A stretch of 62,900 bases of DNA, filler included, from Octopus bimaculoides (Eukaryota): assembly GCF_001194135.2 (NCBI RefSeq). It is 8 parts of 8 records of this genome, joined end to end, with 100 filler letters (N's around TTAATTAATTAA, not from the genome) between each part and the next. Parts side by side here need not be neighbours in the genome. Positions count along the whole stretch, not along the records: positions 8,298 to 15,852 come from NC_068982.1; positions 15,953 to 37,169 come from NC_068985.1; 6 more parts are not named here. One strand, written 5' to 3'. Of the stretch, positions 12,581 to 24,610 are shown one piece after another. Position 1 is the first letter of the stretch. The number at the start of each line of letters is the position of its first letter. The position numbers and the translations under genes are program-made. The notes beneath the pieces are model-generated. The model searched no databases, was not told the origin of the DNA, and saw nothing but the letters and a program-made list of their open reading frames with translations.

Positions 12581-14138
12581 NNNNNNNNNNNNNNNNNNNN
12601 NNNNNNNNNNNNNNNNNNNNNNNNNNNNNCTCTCTCTGTCGTGCGTAAATATCTTTGTCTTCGCGCTATTTGTACGTTCTCGCTACAACATTACTTATTT
12701 AAAATTTTTTGCTCTACATATATTTAAATGCTCTACATCTATTTAAATATACTATTTACATTTCTCCCTCTATCGAAAACCGTTGTGATATAAGCCGATA
12801 AGCCTTCATTACTAACCAATGAGAATTCAACCACACCATTGAGCGTTCATGCGTTAGACAAAGACATCCTAAAGTGGCTCAAGTTTTTTCACTCAGCCTA
12901 CTTTCTTCTACAGCTTTATACGCTGAATTGGGGTTTGTAATTTCTGTCTACAAATTGACATCCTTGTGTGATATAATATTGTTTCACTTTATGTGCGTGT
13001 GTTACCGCGTTCGATACGTACAAGATAGTAAAGAACATTTTATGCCACCACGACAGCGTCACATATATGAATGTGTATGTGTCTCTGAGTGTATGTGAAT
13101 GGGTGTATGAGTATGTATGTCTCTCTGACTGTGTGTGTGTTTCCGCGTTAGGTACGTTATTAAACATACACAAACATCTACACATACATATACACAAGTG
13201 ACGACTGACATGCGTGAATGTATGTCTGTATGTGTCTCTTTTTACTGTACGTATGTGCCTGTATGTGAGAGTGTATGTGTGCGTATCGTCACATTTTGTA
13301 TAATAATGTGTATATTCTGTGAGTGTGTGTGTGTTTGCGCGCCAGTTATGTACGTTATTAAGCACACATATACATATGTGACGAGAACGGCTGGAGGTGA
13401 AACTCTTGACAAAAAAACAATTACGTGGAAGGTTCAAGTTATATAAAAATACACATCTACCGTTCAATTAACAGTTCATAATTTGCAAGGTTGCATGGTA
13501 TTTACAATTTGCTTATACTTGGTTAATTTACACTGCAGACAAAAATATAGACATACAACATACAACTGTTACAAAAATAGAAATTAATGTATAGTTTTTC
13601 TATGTTCATAATTCCTTGTTTAAAATATTGGAAAAAAATATGACACCGAAGAAATACGTAATCTCTCCAGAAACACCAATAAAGTAAGGAGGAGTGCAGA
13701 AAACCAAAAGTGAGAGTCTGAAAACATAAGGGACATGAGGCATTCTCAATATCAGCAACGGCATAGTGCAGCACGTCACATGGAGTCTCAGTACAGAAGG
13801 GACATGACACTTTCCAAAGGTCACCAAAAGCATGTTGCAGCACGTCAAATGCAGTATCAAGAGAGAAGGGAGAGGAGACCTTCTCAACATCAGTAAAAGC
13901 ATGCTACAGCACGTCTGATGGAGATCCAAGATAGGAGGGACATGAGATTTTCTCAAGATCAGCAAAAGCATGCTGCAGTACTTAATGCTGAATCATTATA
14001 ACATTTAGCACGCCAGATTACACAGAGGTCCAATAGAATAGCTCTCAGAAACAGAGCATGTACAAATTCGTTCTTCACAACACCTGAAGCTGCTTTCAGA
14101 TACGATCCATCTTATTCTTATAAAAAATGATTACTCTG
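12189..14138 (+). mobile_element. Helitron 5' segment (truncated by an N gap)
   Basis: Begins A|TCTATATATGTGTAAAA...ATGTCTGTGTGT, the TC start at an AT site typical of Helitrons. Shares CCAAACTTTACACACACATTACTTAT with 37475-37500 and contains a decayed Rep/Helicase N-terminus. Confidence 0.7.
13642..14130 (+). pseudogene. Helitron Rep/Helicase N-terminal pseudogene with four 69-bp (23-aa) repeats
   Basis: One frame: DTEEIRNLSRNTNKVRRSAENQK*ESENIR-DMRHSQYQQRHSAARHMESQYRR-DMTLSKGHQKHVAARQMQYQERR-ERRPSQHQ*KHATARLMEIQDRR-DMRFSQDQQKHAAVLNAESL*HL...EAAFRYDPSYSYKK*. The AAFxYDP motif after R/Q/E-rich repeats is characteristic of animal Helitron RepHel. Confidence 0.8.
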
Positions 14139-15504
14139 NNNNNNNNNNNNNNNNNNNNNNNNNNNNNNNNNNNNNNNNNNNNNNNNNNNNNNNNNNNNNN
14201 NNNNNNNNNNNNNNNNNNNNNNNNNNNNNNNNNNNNNNNNNNNNNNNNNNNNNNNNNNNNNNNNNNNNNNNNNNNNNNNNNNNNNNNNNNNNNNNNNNNN
14301 NNNNNNNNNNNNNNNNNNNNNNNNNNNNNNNNNNNNNNNNNNNNNNNNNNNNNNNNNNNNNNNNNNNNNNNNNNNNNNNNNNNNNNNNNNNNNNNNNNNN
14401 NNNNNNNNNNNNNNNNNNNNNNNNNNNNNNNNNNNNNNNNNNNNNNNNNNNNNNNNNNNNNNNNNNNNNNNNNNNNNNNNNNNNNNNNNNNNNNNNNNNN
14501 NNNNNNNNNNNNNNNNNNNNNNNNNNNNNNNNNNNNNNNNNNNNNNNNNNNNNNNNNNNNNNNNNNNNNNNNNNNNNNNNNNNNNNNNNNNNNNNNNNNN
14601 NNNNNNNNNNNNNNNNNNNNNNNNNNNNNNNNNNNNNNNNNNNNNNNNNNNNNNNNNNNNNNNNNNNNNNNNNNNNNNNNNNNNNNNNNNNNNNNNNNNN
14701 NNNNNNNNNNNNNNNNNNNNNNNNNNNNNNNNNNNNNNNNNNNNNNNNNNNNNNNNNNNNNNNNNNNNNNNNTATATATAACTCTCTATCAATATATACA
14801 TATATACACGTGTATATATACATATATATATATATACATACGTGGATATATACATATATCTGTTAAATACATATGTATATACATACAAACTTACATACAT
14901 AAATCTATATGTATGTATTATAGATATATGCGCGCGTGTACACACACACACACATGCACATACACATACACACATATGCACACAAACACGACAAACACAT
15001 GGCCCAAGAGAGACGCCAGTCTTATACAAGCTACAGACTCTCAGGTGTTTGCCCATTAGAAAACAAATATTCTAGCAGACTTTCACAAAACACACCAACT
15101 AAATTCCAATTTATACAACATAGAGCAATTAGTTGGAATTAACATTAATTACATTTTTCTAATTAATTACCACCAAACTATTGTTAGCGATCACAGCCAG
15201 GCATTCAGTGAAAATGATCAACAACAACAATCCGAACAGCAGCAGTAACAACAACAACTACAAAAAGGCTCACTTAATACTCTAGATTCCTCTCATACTG
15301 TATTTGTTATTCTGTAGCTATTGGAATACGATAAGAGATCTTACTATATTCTAAGACTTCTGAAATATCTGAATGGTTTAGGATTGGTTGATTAAATAAA
15401 CAGGAGTAGAGTAAACGATGAAAAATAATCCGATTCCAAAGTTGACGATGGAATAGTTTGTGGGATCCTTTAGTTGACGGTTTCGATATCGAATTCTCAG
15501 GAAA

Positions 15505-15640
15505 GCAGTGAGCTGGCAGAATTGTTAGCACACCGGGCAAAATGCTTAGCGGCATTTCGTCCGTCTTTACGTTCTGAATTGAAATTCCGCCGAGGTCGAC
15601 TTTGCCTTTAATTCCTTCGTGGTAGATAAAATAAGTACCT
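15505..15640 (+). mobile_element. SINE family A (3' truncated)
   Basis: GCAGTGAGCTGGCAGAATTGTTAGCAC...TTCTGAATTGAAATTCCGCCGAGGTCGACTTTGCC. Confidence 0.9.
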
Positions 15641-15642
15641 GT

Positions 15643-15720
15643 TAGCTATGTGACACTCGAACCTGTGTCCATTATAACCTTCGAACAGGAGATGTCACAG
15701 GTTCGTGTGTCACATAGTTA
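15643..15720. repeat. Short inverted repeat / hairpin (25-bp arms, 23/25 complementary)
   Basis: TAGCTATGTGACACTCGAACCTGTG ... CACAGGTTCGTGTGTCACATAGTTA. Confidence 0.85.
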
Positions 15721-15952
15721 GCTAGAGGCGATGGCCATTTGGAGCTAATCAACGGCACCATTCGTCCTATTTTTCTGGACTGCCATGTTAGCTTATATGT
15801 TAGCTTCTGGACTGTCATGTTAGCTCTCGACCAATATATATTATATATATATNNNNNNNNNNNNNNNNNNNNNNNNNNNNNNNNNNNNNNNNNNNNTTAA
15901 TTAATTAANNNNNNNNNNNNNNNNNNNNNNNNNNNNNNNNNNNNNNNNNNNN

Positions 15953-16070
15953 ATAGAATAAGTATCAGGCTTTCAAAAATACTGGGGTTGATACATTGGC
16001 TGAAAATTCTTCAAGGTGATGCTCCAGCATGGCCACAGTAAAAGATAACAGTTAAAAGATAAAACATATA
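15953..16070 (+). mobile_element. SINE family B 3' end (5' part in gap)
   Basis: ATAGAATAAGTATCAGGCTT...GGTGATGCTCCAGCATGGCCACAG, matching 22280-22416. Confidence 0.75.
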
Positions 16071-16425
16071 TATACAGAAAGAGATAGAGTGGAGGAGAAA
16101 AATGGGGGGGGGGATAAAAAGAGAATGAGATGGTGAGAGAGAGTGAAGAATGGGCAGGTTGTTCTTAGAATTACCCGTAAAAGAAATGAATGAAAATTTA
16201 TTTAAATTAGAAATTTATGGAAGGTACTGGAAGGTACTGGAATATTCGCCCTTATATGAGTGTCTTCAGAAATAGCCTGATGAAATCTCATCAGGCTGAA
16301 GTTGTCGGTTATTATGTGGCATTGGTCATTGTAACTCCATATAAACACAGAGATATGTACAGATGTACGTAGTTATATACATACGGAGAAATGGATTGGG
16401 AGAGGGAAAGAAACAGAGCGGGAAA

Positions 16426-16515
16426 GAAGAAGAAGAAGAAAAAGAAGAAGAAGAAGAAGAAGAAGAAGAAGAAGAAGAAGAAGAAGAAGAAGAAGAAGAA
16501 GAAGAAGAAGAAGAA
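16426..16515. repeat. (GAA)n microsatellite
   Basis: Near-perfect GAA run. Confidence 0.98.
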
Positions 16516-17279
16516 AGATGTGAGTGTTACAGCCGATTTCTTTGACCGCTCCACAAATGTTCACAAAATATATAGATTGATATACGTTTGTGCGTGTGTG
16601 CGTGTATGTGTGTGCATGTATGTATATGCTTGATATATACATATATCCAAGATACACACACACACACACACACGCACACACACACATATATATATATATG
16701 CATATACACACACCTACACGTACATGTATGTATCAGGCGCGCAATTTATTTAAAGTAGCTCGAATTTCATTACATCTTATCCCCAGAAACTAAATTTTTG
16801 CATTCCTGCATTCTCCGTTACTTATTTGTCTCGAACTAATGTATTTGAATATTTGACACAAATCAAACTGTAAAATAATCACTTCTTAACTATTCCTACT
16901 ATGCCTTGAATTCGTATTTAAATTCCTTTCAGAGCAATGGGCAGCCTTTTAAATTTTTCTCTTATAATTTACTTTTATTTGATCTGTTGTTCTAAATCTT
17001 GGAGCCAAAGGAAAAACTGAAAGTAGTGCACGATATTGGATTGTAACAGCTCCTATATTCCCCGTTCAATCCCATCACAAATCGGTTATTTCTCAGACAT
17101 GGAGTTGTTTTCAATTAATTTTTACATTTTTTTTCACCTTGTCTATGATCGTTCAAAATCAACAAAGGCCCTATCAGTCTCATTCGCCCGAGAATACCCA
17201 AGAGGTCATTGGGCAATAACTAATATCGCAAAAAAATTATTTAGTATACATTATTTTTATTTCATTACATATTTCCATC

Positions 17280-17972
17280 GAGGTAGAGACATAGTTGCCC
17301 TCCGTGTAGTTGACCTTGAGCCATGGTAAGACATGGTGCCTCAGCGTCTTCTAGAAGGCATCAGAACCCACCTTTTCTATGGGCGTGTAGAAGTAGATGG
17401 GCATCTTTCTTCCTTCGGTGTTCACAACACCAAAGGCCATGATCTGGGCTGGATGTTTTGTTCTGAAGGTGCCGTTGACTCCGCAATGTATCAATCGTTT
17501 CTGTGGTTCTCAACGGCATCCACAGAGATATCGTCCGAGAAATTTTCACAGTGGATCCGTTCTTCTTGAAGTAAGTGAGAACCTTTTTGCACCTATCCAG
17601 TCTAATGGCCTTCATAGGTTCTGTCAGCAGGTGTCTCGATGTCCTGGTGTAGAACTTGAAGCCCAAATCATCATTCACAGCTGTTCTGATGGTCTTGGTG
17701 TCCACTTCAAGTTCAGAAGCCAGCTTCTTCATGGATGTTGTTGGGTCCGTTAAAATTTTCGACTTGAGGGTGTTGGTGATGTCTTGATCTTACTTCTTGT
17801 TGGCCCCACCGCTGCCAGACTTCCTCCGAATGCCGTTGCCCATGTCCATTCTCTAAGTGACGTTAAAAATTTAGCGTAAGGATACTCCGACAATATTTGA
17901 GATCCTCTTAGAAATGATTTGTGCACGGACCAAATCACATACACTTTGGCGTTTGTCTTCGTGTGCAGTCAT
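17280..17972 (-). pseudogene. Tc1/mariner-superfamily transposase remnant, maT/DD37D-like
   Basis: MTAHEDKRQSVCDLVRAQ...RRKSGSGGANKK...DPTTSMKKLASELEVDTKTIRTAVNDDLG...RLDRCKKVL...KIFSD...KHPAQIMAFGVVNTEGRKMPIYF...LRHHVLPWLKVNYTEGNYV; multiple stops and frameshifts; TIRs not resolved. Confidence 0.85.
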
Positions 17973-18149
17973 ATTCTCCAGTATTCCTGCAAAAAAAAAA
18001 AAAATGAGTTTGATATTTGCTGACAATATTTTCTATGTTCTGCATTAGATTTCACATCATTTGGTGTGGTGGTTGCTGTGAAATATTAATGCAAGTTTTA
18101 ATATATATATCGAGATATATATATATAAATCAAAATAAGCAACAGAATA

Positions 18150-18620
18150 TCAAGAAATGATGCAGTACGACCGTTTCAAGCGGCTCCATTTAATTGAACA
18201 ATGCAATCATAACATCAATTTATATACAAGGCTACCTTCAGTTGCACAAATAAATAGAATATTAATCAGTCGGACATATTAATATAATTAATATAATATT
18301 AATATAATTTTACTCAAATACTTTAACAAAGCAAGAAGATCGAAGAAATCCATGTTATCGGTATTGTAGCTAAGAATATACTACACTTCATAAATGTTGT
18401 AGTGCAATATATGGATTCATAGAATCGTGTGACTTTTACAGGAAGCTCCTCTAACGGACACGGCTAACAGACCGTTTAATAATCCAATACAGAGGAGTAT
18501 TATGCAGAGTTTCATGTAACTGAAATCTAGGAGATCCAATCAATAAAATTATTTCATTAGGAGTTTATAAACCATGAAAAATATGGAAGTATGAGAGGTG
18601 AATAGTCCAAACCTGCCACA
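18150..18620. mobile_element. Penelope-like non-coding fragment with decayed hammerhead-like motif
   Basis: Minus TGCAA-CTGAAGG...GAAACGGTCGTA-CTGCA at ~18160-18247; the block at 18420-18600 is homologous to 10030-10190. Confidence 0.4.
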
Positions 18621-20788
18621 AGCATATTTGAACTAGTAGTAACATTGATGAGTAAACGTATTCACCTCTCGTACCTCCCGACTCTGGCATATATATATAT
18701 ATATATATANNNNNNNNNNNNNNNNNNNNNNNNNNNNNNNNNNNNNNNNNNNNNNNNNNNNNNNNNNNNNNNNNNNNNNNNNNNNNNNNNNNNNNNNNNN
18801 NNNNNNNNNNNNNNNNNNNNNNNNNNNNNNNNNNNNNNNNNNNNNNNNNNNNNNNNNNNNNNNNNNNNNNNNNNNNNNNNNNNNNNNNNNNNNNNNNNNN
18901 NNNNNNNNNNNNNNNNNNNNNNNNNNNNNNNNNNNNNNNNNNNNNNNNNNNNNNNNNNNNNNNNNNNNNNNNNNNNNNNNNNNNNNNNNNNNNNNNNNNN
19001 NNNNNNNNNNNNNNNNNNNNNNNNNNNNNNNNNNNNNNNNNNNNNNNNNNNNNNNNNNNNNNNNNNNNNNNNNNNNNNNNNNNNNNNNNNNNNNNNNNNN
19101 NNNNNNNNNNNNNNNNNNNNNNNNNNNNNNNNNNNNNNNNNNNNNNNNNNNNNNNNNNNNNNNNNNNNNNNNNNNNNNNNNNNNNNNNNNNNNNNNNNNN
19201 NNNNNNNNNNNNNNNNNNNNNNNNNNNNNNNNNNNNNNNNNNNNNNNNNNNNNNNNNNNNNNNNNNNNNNNNNNNNNNNNNNNNNNNNNNNNNNNNNNNN
19301 NNNATATATATACATATATGTGCGCGTGTGTGTGTTTGTGCGTGCGTGCGTGTGTCTGTGTGTGCGCGTGCACTGGATATCTTTCCCTGACTTGTCCCTG
19401 GATCATGTCAGTAGGGTGTGAGAGGGTCTGCTAGGTGCTGTGCAAACCTTATTAGGCCCTAGAATTTTAGGTTGTGCAATGGTCAGCGAGGTGACTAGCC
19501 AATGCTCGGTTGCGTGGAAGGGCACCACGGCGAGCATGGAAAGTACGGGCGCGAACCGGGCTGAAGCCGACTGCTTGTACAATTGCCTCATGATTCCGCA
19601 TTGCAAACGTTTTTGCATTGGCAGTGGTCAGTGATTGGTTTCCTCGGTCACGAGTGAACCGCCATCATATATATGTGTGTGTGCGTATGTGTGTGTGTGT
19701 GTACGTGTGTCTGAATTATATATACACATGTAAGGGGTGTACTGTTTCACAAATCAAACATACATATACACACTCACTCACACACACACACATACGCACA
19801 CGCACAAATACATGCACAAACACATATACACATAGCCATGACTTATAGAAAAGTTTTGTCTGTCTAAGTATATATGCATATTGTTGTGTATATATAATAC
19901 ATATATGCATACATTTATACATATATACATTCTTGCATATATTTACACACATATACATTCTTACATATATTTATACACATATACATTCTTACATACATAT
20001 ATTTGCATACAAAAGCATATATATGAATATGTTTTATCGTTTAACTGATACATACATAAATACACACATACACACATGCGCTTAACAGGCATATATGCAT
20101 ATATGCATATATGCATATATGCATATATGCTCGCTTCTGTCAGTATGTAAGTATGTCTATTCAGGTATAAAAGTCATCGAGTAATTCATTATGTGTCAAA
20201 CGCAAAGAAAGTTCACAGTTCAAATGGCGTTCACGATGAGAGTTTAACACTAACATGGGACCCGAAACCAGACATCCGACATTCCTCATGTGCGTCATAA
20301 CTGAACGTAGATAGCTATTAACACGTGATGTCATTTACTCCATTTCAAAGGCCGGATAGTTCATTAAATGGAGGATGGCACTGGTTGTAGCGTATAAATT
20401 GATAAAATAACATTAATTTTGTATGTTTGTCAGTGCTTCTCACGTCTGTGTGCGTATACACGCTAGTGCGTGTGTAATTGTAGAATTAGCCGTAGTTGTT
20501 GGCAAAATTGTTGAAGTGATATTTTGAATCGTTGGGAAAGTAAATTGTTTTTTGATAGTACGCATATAAATCCAGCCATGGCTTGATATTTCTTCTTTTC
20601 TTTTTTCCAAGTATCGATCAATAAGGCATAAAGTAAGTTCCAGGTCAAGTACCAGGTCGATTGAAGTGACAAAATATTTGTGGCTTAGCTTTGAGTCAAT
20701 GTTAAGAACCAATATTTGCTATATGAATGCGCGTGTGTGTGTGTGTGTGTGTTTGTATTTTTTGTGTGTATGTGTGAAAATGTATTTG

Positions 20789-20790
<2 letters not shown>

Positions 20791-20884
<94 letters not shown>
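20791..20884. repeat. (GT)n microsatellite (one of many AT/GT/CATA arrays in the window)
   Basis: Perfect GT run. Confidence 0.98.
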
Positions 20885-20886
<2 letters not shown>

Positions 20887-20908
20887 CTTATTATTTAGTC
20901 CTCTATAA

Positions 20909-21125
20909 GGCGGTGAGCTGGCAGAATAGACTCTGCGCCGGACGAAATGCTTAGCGGAATTTCGCCCGTCTTGACGTTCTGAGTTCAAATTCCGCCGATG
21001 TCGACTTTGCCTTCATCTTTCCGGGTCAATAAAATAAGTACCAGTTGCCGACTGCAGTCTATGAGATACACTAGTTTCCTCCTGCTCCGCCAAAATTTCA
21101 AGCCTTTTGCTGATAGTGGAATAGA
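20909..21125 (+). mobile_element. SINE family A, near full length
   Basis: GGCGGTGAGCTGGCAGAA...GAGTTCAAATTCCGCCG...AATAAGTACCAGTTG...AAAATTTCAAGCCTT. Confidence 0.9.
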
Positions 21126-21334
21126 TTATATAGCCCCCTGTCAGTCCCAGGGAGAAAAATTATTCTAGTCATGAAAATCCCATCGAACAACGGAGCATGG
21201 TATTCCCAAGACTATGCTATCCAATGCATTCCGAGGGAAATTCGCTTGGTAAATCTATCAAGTTGAGCTACCACCACATAGAAACTCTTTCGATTGGTTG
21301 TGAAGGTTTTGAGAGGTGGTTGTGTTAGTTGTGA

Positions 21335-21472
21335 GACAAAAGTAACAATATTTTATTGACGTCGGTGGTATAGCACTTAAAGTTGTTCTCGGCAAGATTT
21401 GAACACAGGACCCAAAAGAGGTGTACCGAATAACGCAAAGCATTTCCAAAGCTCTGACGATTCTGCCAGCTC
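21335..21472 (-). mobile_element. SINE family A, diverged
   Basis: GATTTGAACACAGGAC...GACGATTCTGCCAGCTCG on the + strand. Confidence 0.75.
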
Positions 21473-21504
21473 GTGGGATAATAATGGTACTATATATATA
21501 TACA

Positions 21505-21818
21505 CACACACTCCGTCGCTTACGACGATGAGTGTTCTAATTGATCCGATCAACGGAACAAGTCTGCACGTGAAATTAATGTGCAAGTGACTGAGCACTC
21601 CACAATCACGCGTATCCTTAACGAATTTCTGAGAGAGATTCAGTGTGACTAGGCTGGTACTTTGAAATACAGGTACTACTCATTTTTGCCACCTGACCTA
21701 GCTGGAGTAGCGTCTAGTAAAGTATCTTGCTCAAGAGCACAACGCGCCGCCGAGAATCGAACCTACGACCTTACGATCGTGAGCCAAATACTCTAACCAC
21801 GCAGCCAGGCGCCTTCAC
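21505..21818 (-). mobile_element. tRNA-derived SINE family D
   Basis: Minus 5' GTGAAGGCGCCTGGCTGCGTGGTTAGAGTATTTGGCTCACGATCGTAAGGTCGTAGGTTCGATTCTC (A and B boxes), followed by TTGTGCTCTTGAGCAAGATACTTT. Confidence 0.8.
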
Positions 21819-22004
21819 TTGGAGTTAAATACTAACTATGTTAAGACTCCTTATACAAAAGAGGATGAGACGTCGAACTCGAAGTCAAATCCCACCCAGA
21901 CCAAGTTTGCCTTTCTTTCCTTCGGTGTTGCTAAATATAGTCCATTAATAGGATTATTTGATCTCTCTCGATTACCCAGATTCTCCACTTGATAATATCT
22001 TATA

Positions 22005-22416
22005 GGCGCAGCAGTGGCTGTGTGGTAAGAAGTTTGCTTTCTAACTCCATGTTTTCAGATTCAGTCCCAACGCGTGGCACCTTGGGCAAGTGTCTTCTAC
22101 TGTAGCCTCGGGTCGATCAAAGCCTTGTGAGTGGATTTGGTGTACGGAAACTGAAAAAAACCCGTCGCATTATATGCGTGCGTGTGTGTGTGTGTTTGTG
22201 TGTGTGTCCACTACCATCGTTTCACAACCGGTGTTGGTTTGTTTAAGACCCCCGTAACTTAGCGGTTGCACAAAAGAAAATGATAGGATAAGTACCAGAC
22301 TTTGAAAATAAGTCCGGGGTCGGGGACGTCGTCGATTCATTCGACTAAAATTTCTTCAGGGTGGTGCCCCAGTATCGCCGCAGTCTAAAGACTGAAACAA
22401 GTAAAAGATAAAAGAT
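22005..22416 (+). mobile_element. SINE family B, full length
   Basis: GGCGCAGCAGTGGCTGTGTGGTAAG...TTCAGTCCC, internal (GT)n, ending GACTGAAACAAGTAAAAGATAAAAGAT. Confidence 0.92.
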
Positions 22417-23089
22417 ACAAAATAAAACATGAAATTAAGAAAGTCCAGTTTTGTCCTCTAGAGTCACGGCTATATCACTCTATTGTGTACCGTCGCATAT
22501 GGGTGATAAGAAATGAGGTTGGTTTGTTAACTTGAGGAAAAGAAATTCAGTTGATTGAACCACTGAATATTCACCGTCGAAACTGGGGTAGGAGTAGGGG
22601 CATATATGAGTATATTTACCGAACCGATAGTTATGAGATCTGTAATATATATCGAAACATTTAGGAGTGTTGTAATGTTTGTTTTGAAGGTATTGAAAAC
22701 AGCCGAAGAGGTGTCGTAATCATGGACATTTTTTTTTTACGTCTGCAAGGGACGAAATATGGAGGATATTGTGGAGTAGACTGAAATATAAAGTCTGTGC
22801 GTGTCTGTGTGTATATTTGTGTATGCGAACTTATGTCCTTGGGTGTGTTTGTGTGAATGTGTGTGTGCGTGTTCGTTTTTCGGCTCGTATGTATCTGTAT
22901 GTCTATGTGTACATGTGCATGTGTTTATGCGTGCGAGTGTATGTGTGTGCGTGTATATGTGTATATCTATATGTATGTCCATCCTGTATCTATTTTAATA
23001 TAATTTTCTATAAGTTCTATTGATGATTCGTTCCTAATTAGCAGATTGTACAACATATTCGTACGGAAGGAGCTTTTACGACACAAGCA

Positions 23090-24252
23090 TTAGGTTTTCC
23101 AACATAAAGTGGACACCTTCTGACAGTTGTCTTCGTGAATATCTAAAGCATCAACTCTTACTACACATTTTTCTACATTAATTGATGACATGCATTATCG
23201 GATTTAATGTTTTTTCCTTTGCTTTTTGCAGATGTTGTCCATAAAAGAAGCTGTCCGCTTCAGAAGTTGTCGAAAATATAAACATCGCATTTGGGATAAG
23301 AATGTGCATTGCAACAACTGGAAGGTGGTTCAGTGCCTGAATAATGCGCTCCATGGACGCCCTCTATCATTGGTTAATGAGCAAACATTGAAATGTGCTG
23401 GGGAGATTAAGCTTAGATCTACTGTTCTGGCTCTTGTCAATAAATTAAAAGTCTCGAAAGAATCGGTAGGACGTCATATTGCACCGGTTATTAAAGAGAA
23501 AAAGATGGCTAAATCTGTTCCACATGAATTAAGCGTTGCAAACAAGATGCGTCGTCTGACAGTGTGTTCTTTTCTTTCTGCGAGAAACGAAAAAGAAATA
23601 TTTTTGAAACATTAATCATCTCTAACAAAAAATAATGGGTCCTTTATGACAACAGTAAAACACCTCTCCATTGGCTAGATGCAGAAGAGTCGCCTGAACA
23701 TGTTTCAAAACCCACTTTACGCCACACAAGAGTTTATGGTTGATACTGTTTGGTATTGCTATCAAGAAATCATTAATTTTTTTGTTTCTGCTGTATAGAG
23801 AAACAGTAGCATCCCAATCCTACTGCCAGCTAATTGAGCAAATGCATTTCAAATTAACCAAGCAAAATCCGGCACTGATAAACAGACTCGGGCTTATACA
23901 CTTGCATGATAACGCAAGATCCCTTATTGCAGATCAGACCACAGCAAAGTTGCAGCAGGTTAATTATGAAATATTGGTTCATCCTCCATATTCTCCAGAC
24001 TTGTATCATCAGATTACCATTCATTCCATCATTTTGAGTTTTCATCTGTGACAAAATGTATGCAAAGTATTAATTTGAACAATTTATAGCTTCAAAAAAC
24101 AATAAGATTTTTTAAAGAAAGAATATATAGTCTCTGAAGCCGATGGATAAAAGTTGTTGAATCTAATGAAACCTATTTTGATTAATAAATAATGACTATA
24201 AATATTTTTATTTTTTCGTTTCTAAGTGGCCATTTCATGTGCGGCAACTTAA
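23090..24252 (+). mobile_element. Mariner (DD34D-type) transposon, near full-length but dead
   Basis: Imperfect ~28-bp TIRs (about 20/28 matching) at 23089-23117 and 24225-24253. Decayed transposase: GRP...RST...SVPHELS..NKMRRLTVC..L..RNEKE.FLK...KKWVLYDN...HLHDNAR...ILVHPPYSPDL. Confidence 0.9.
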
Positions 24253-24434
24253 TATATAACCGTACCCCTCCCTGATAAATGAAAAAAACTCTAAAGTGGT
24301 CCCTAGAGAAATTTGAACTTAGAATGTAGGGAGACATAACTAGAATATTGTAAAATGGTTCATCTGTGCTCAACCACTCCTGGCACTCCACTTCTTTTCC
24401 CTATTCAATTATATAAATTTCTAACACGTTTCGC

Positions 24435-24610
24435 AGAGTGGTTGGGGCACAGATTAAATCGCCTCTAGTACTTATCTAGTATATTTTATTTATTGAATCT
24501 CTGTAAGACGAAACCAAAAGTCGACCTCAACGGAATTTGAACTCATAATGTAGAGGTAATATAATTAGATACCGCAAGGCATTTTATTTTAAATCAGTAC
24601 TTCTACCGCA
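24435..24610 (-). mobile_element. SINE family A, diverged
   Basis: AAAAGTCGACCTCAACGGAATTTGAACTCATAATGTAG. Confidence 0.75.

Noticed and set aside
13523-13971. Minus-strand Cys/Leu-rich repeat ORFs (TCC.MLL..HVP)
   Set aside because: Antisense reading of the + strand Helitron repeat region.
13732-14000. CRISPR-like or regularly spaced repeat arrays (69-bp, 125-bp, 140-bp units)
   Set aside because: No conserved short repeat with unique spacers, and the context is eukaryotic; these are coding or tandem duplications.
16269-16292. Hairpin AGCCTGATGA-AATC-TCATCAGGCT containing CTGATGA
   Set aside because: No downstream GAAA/stem III on either strand, so not a hammerhead; a 10-bp stem alone is weak evidence.
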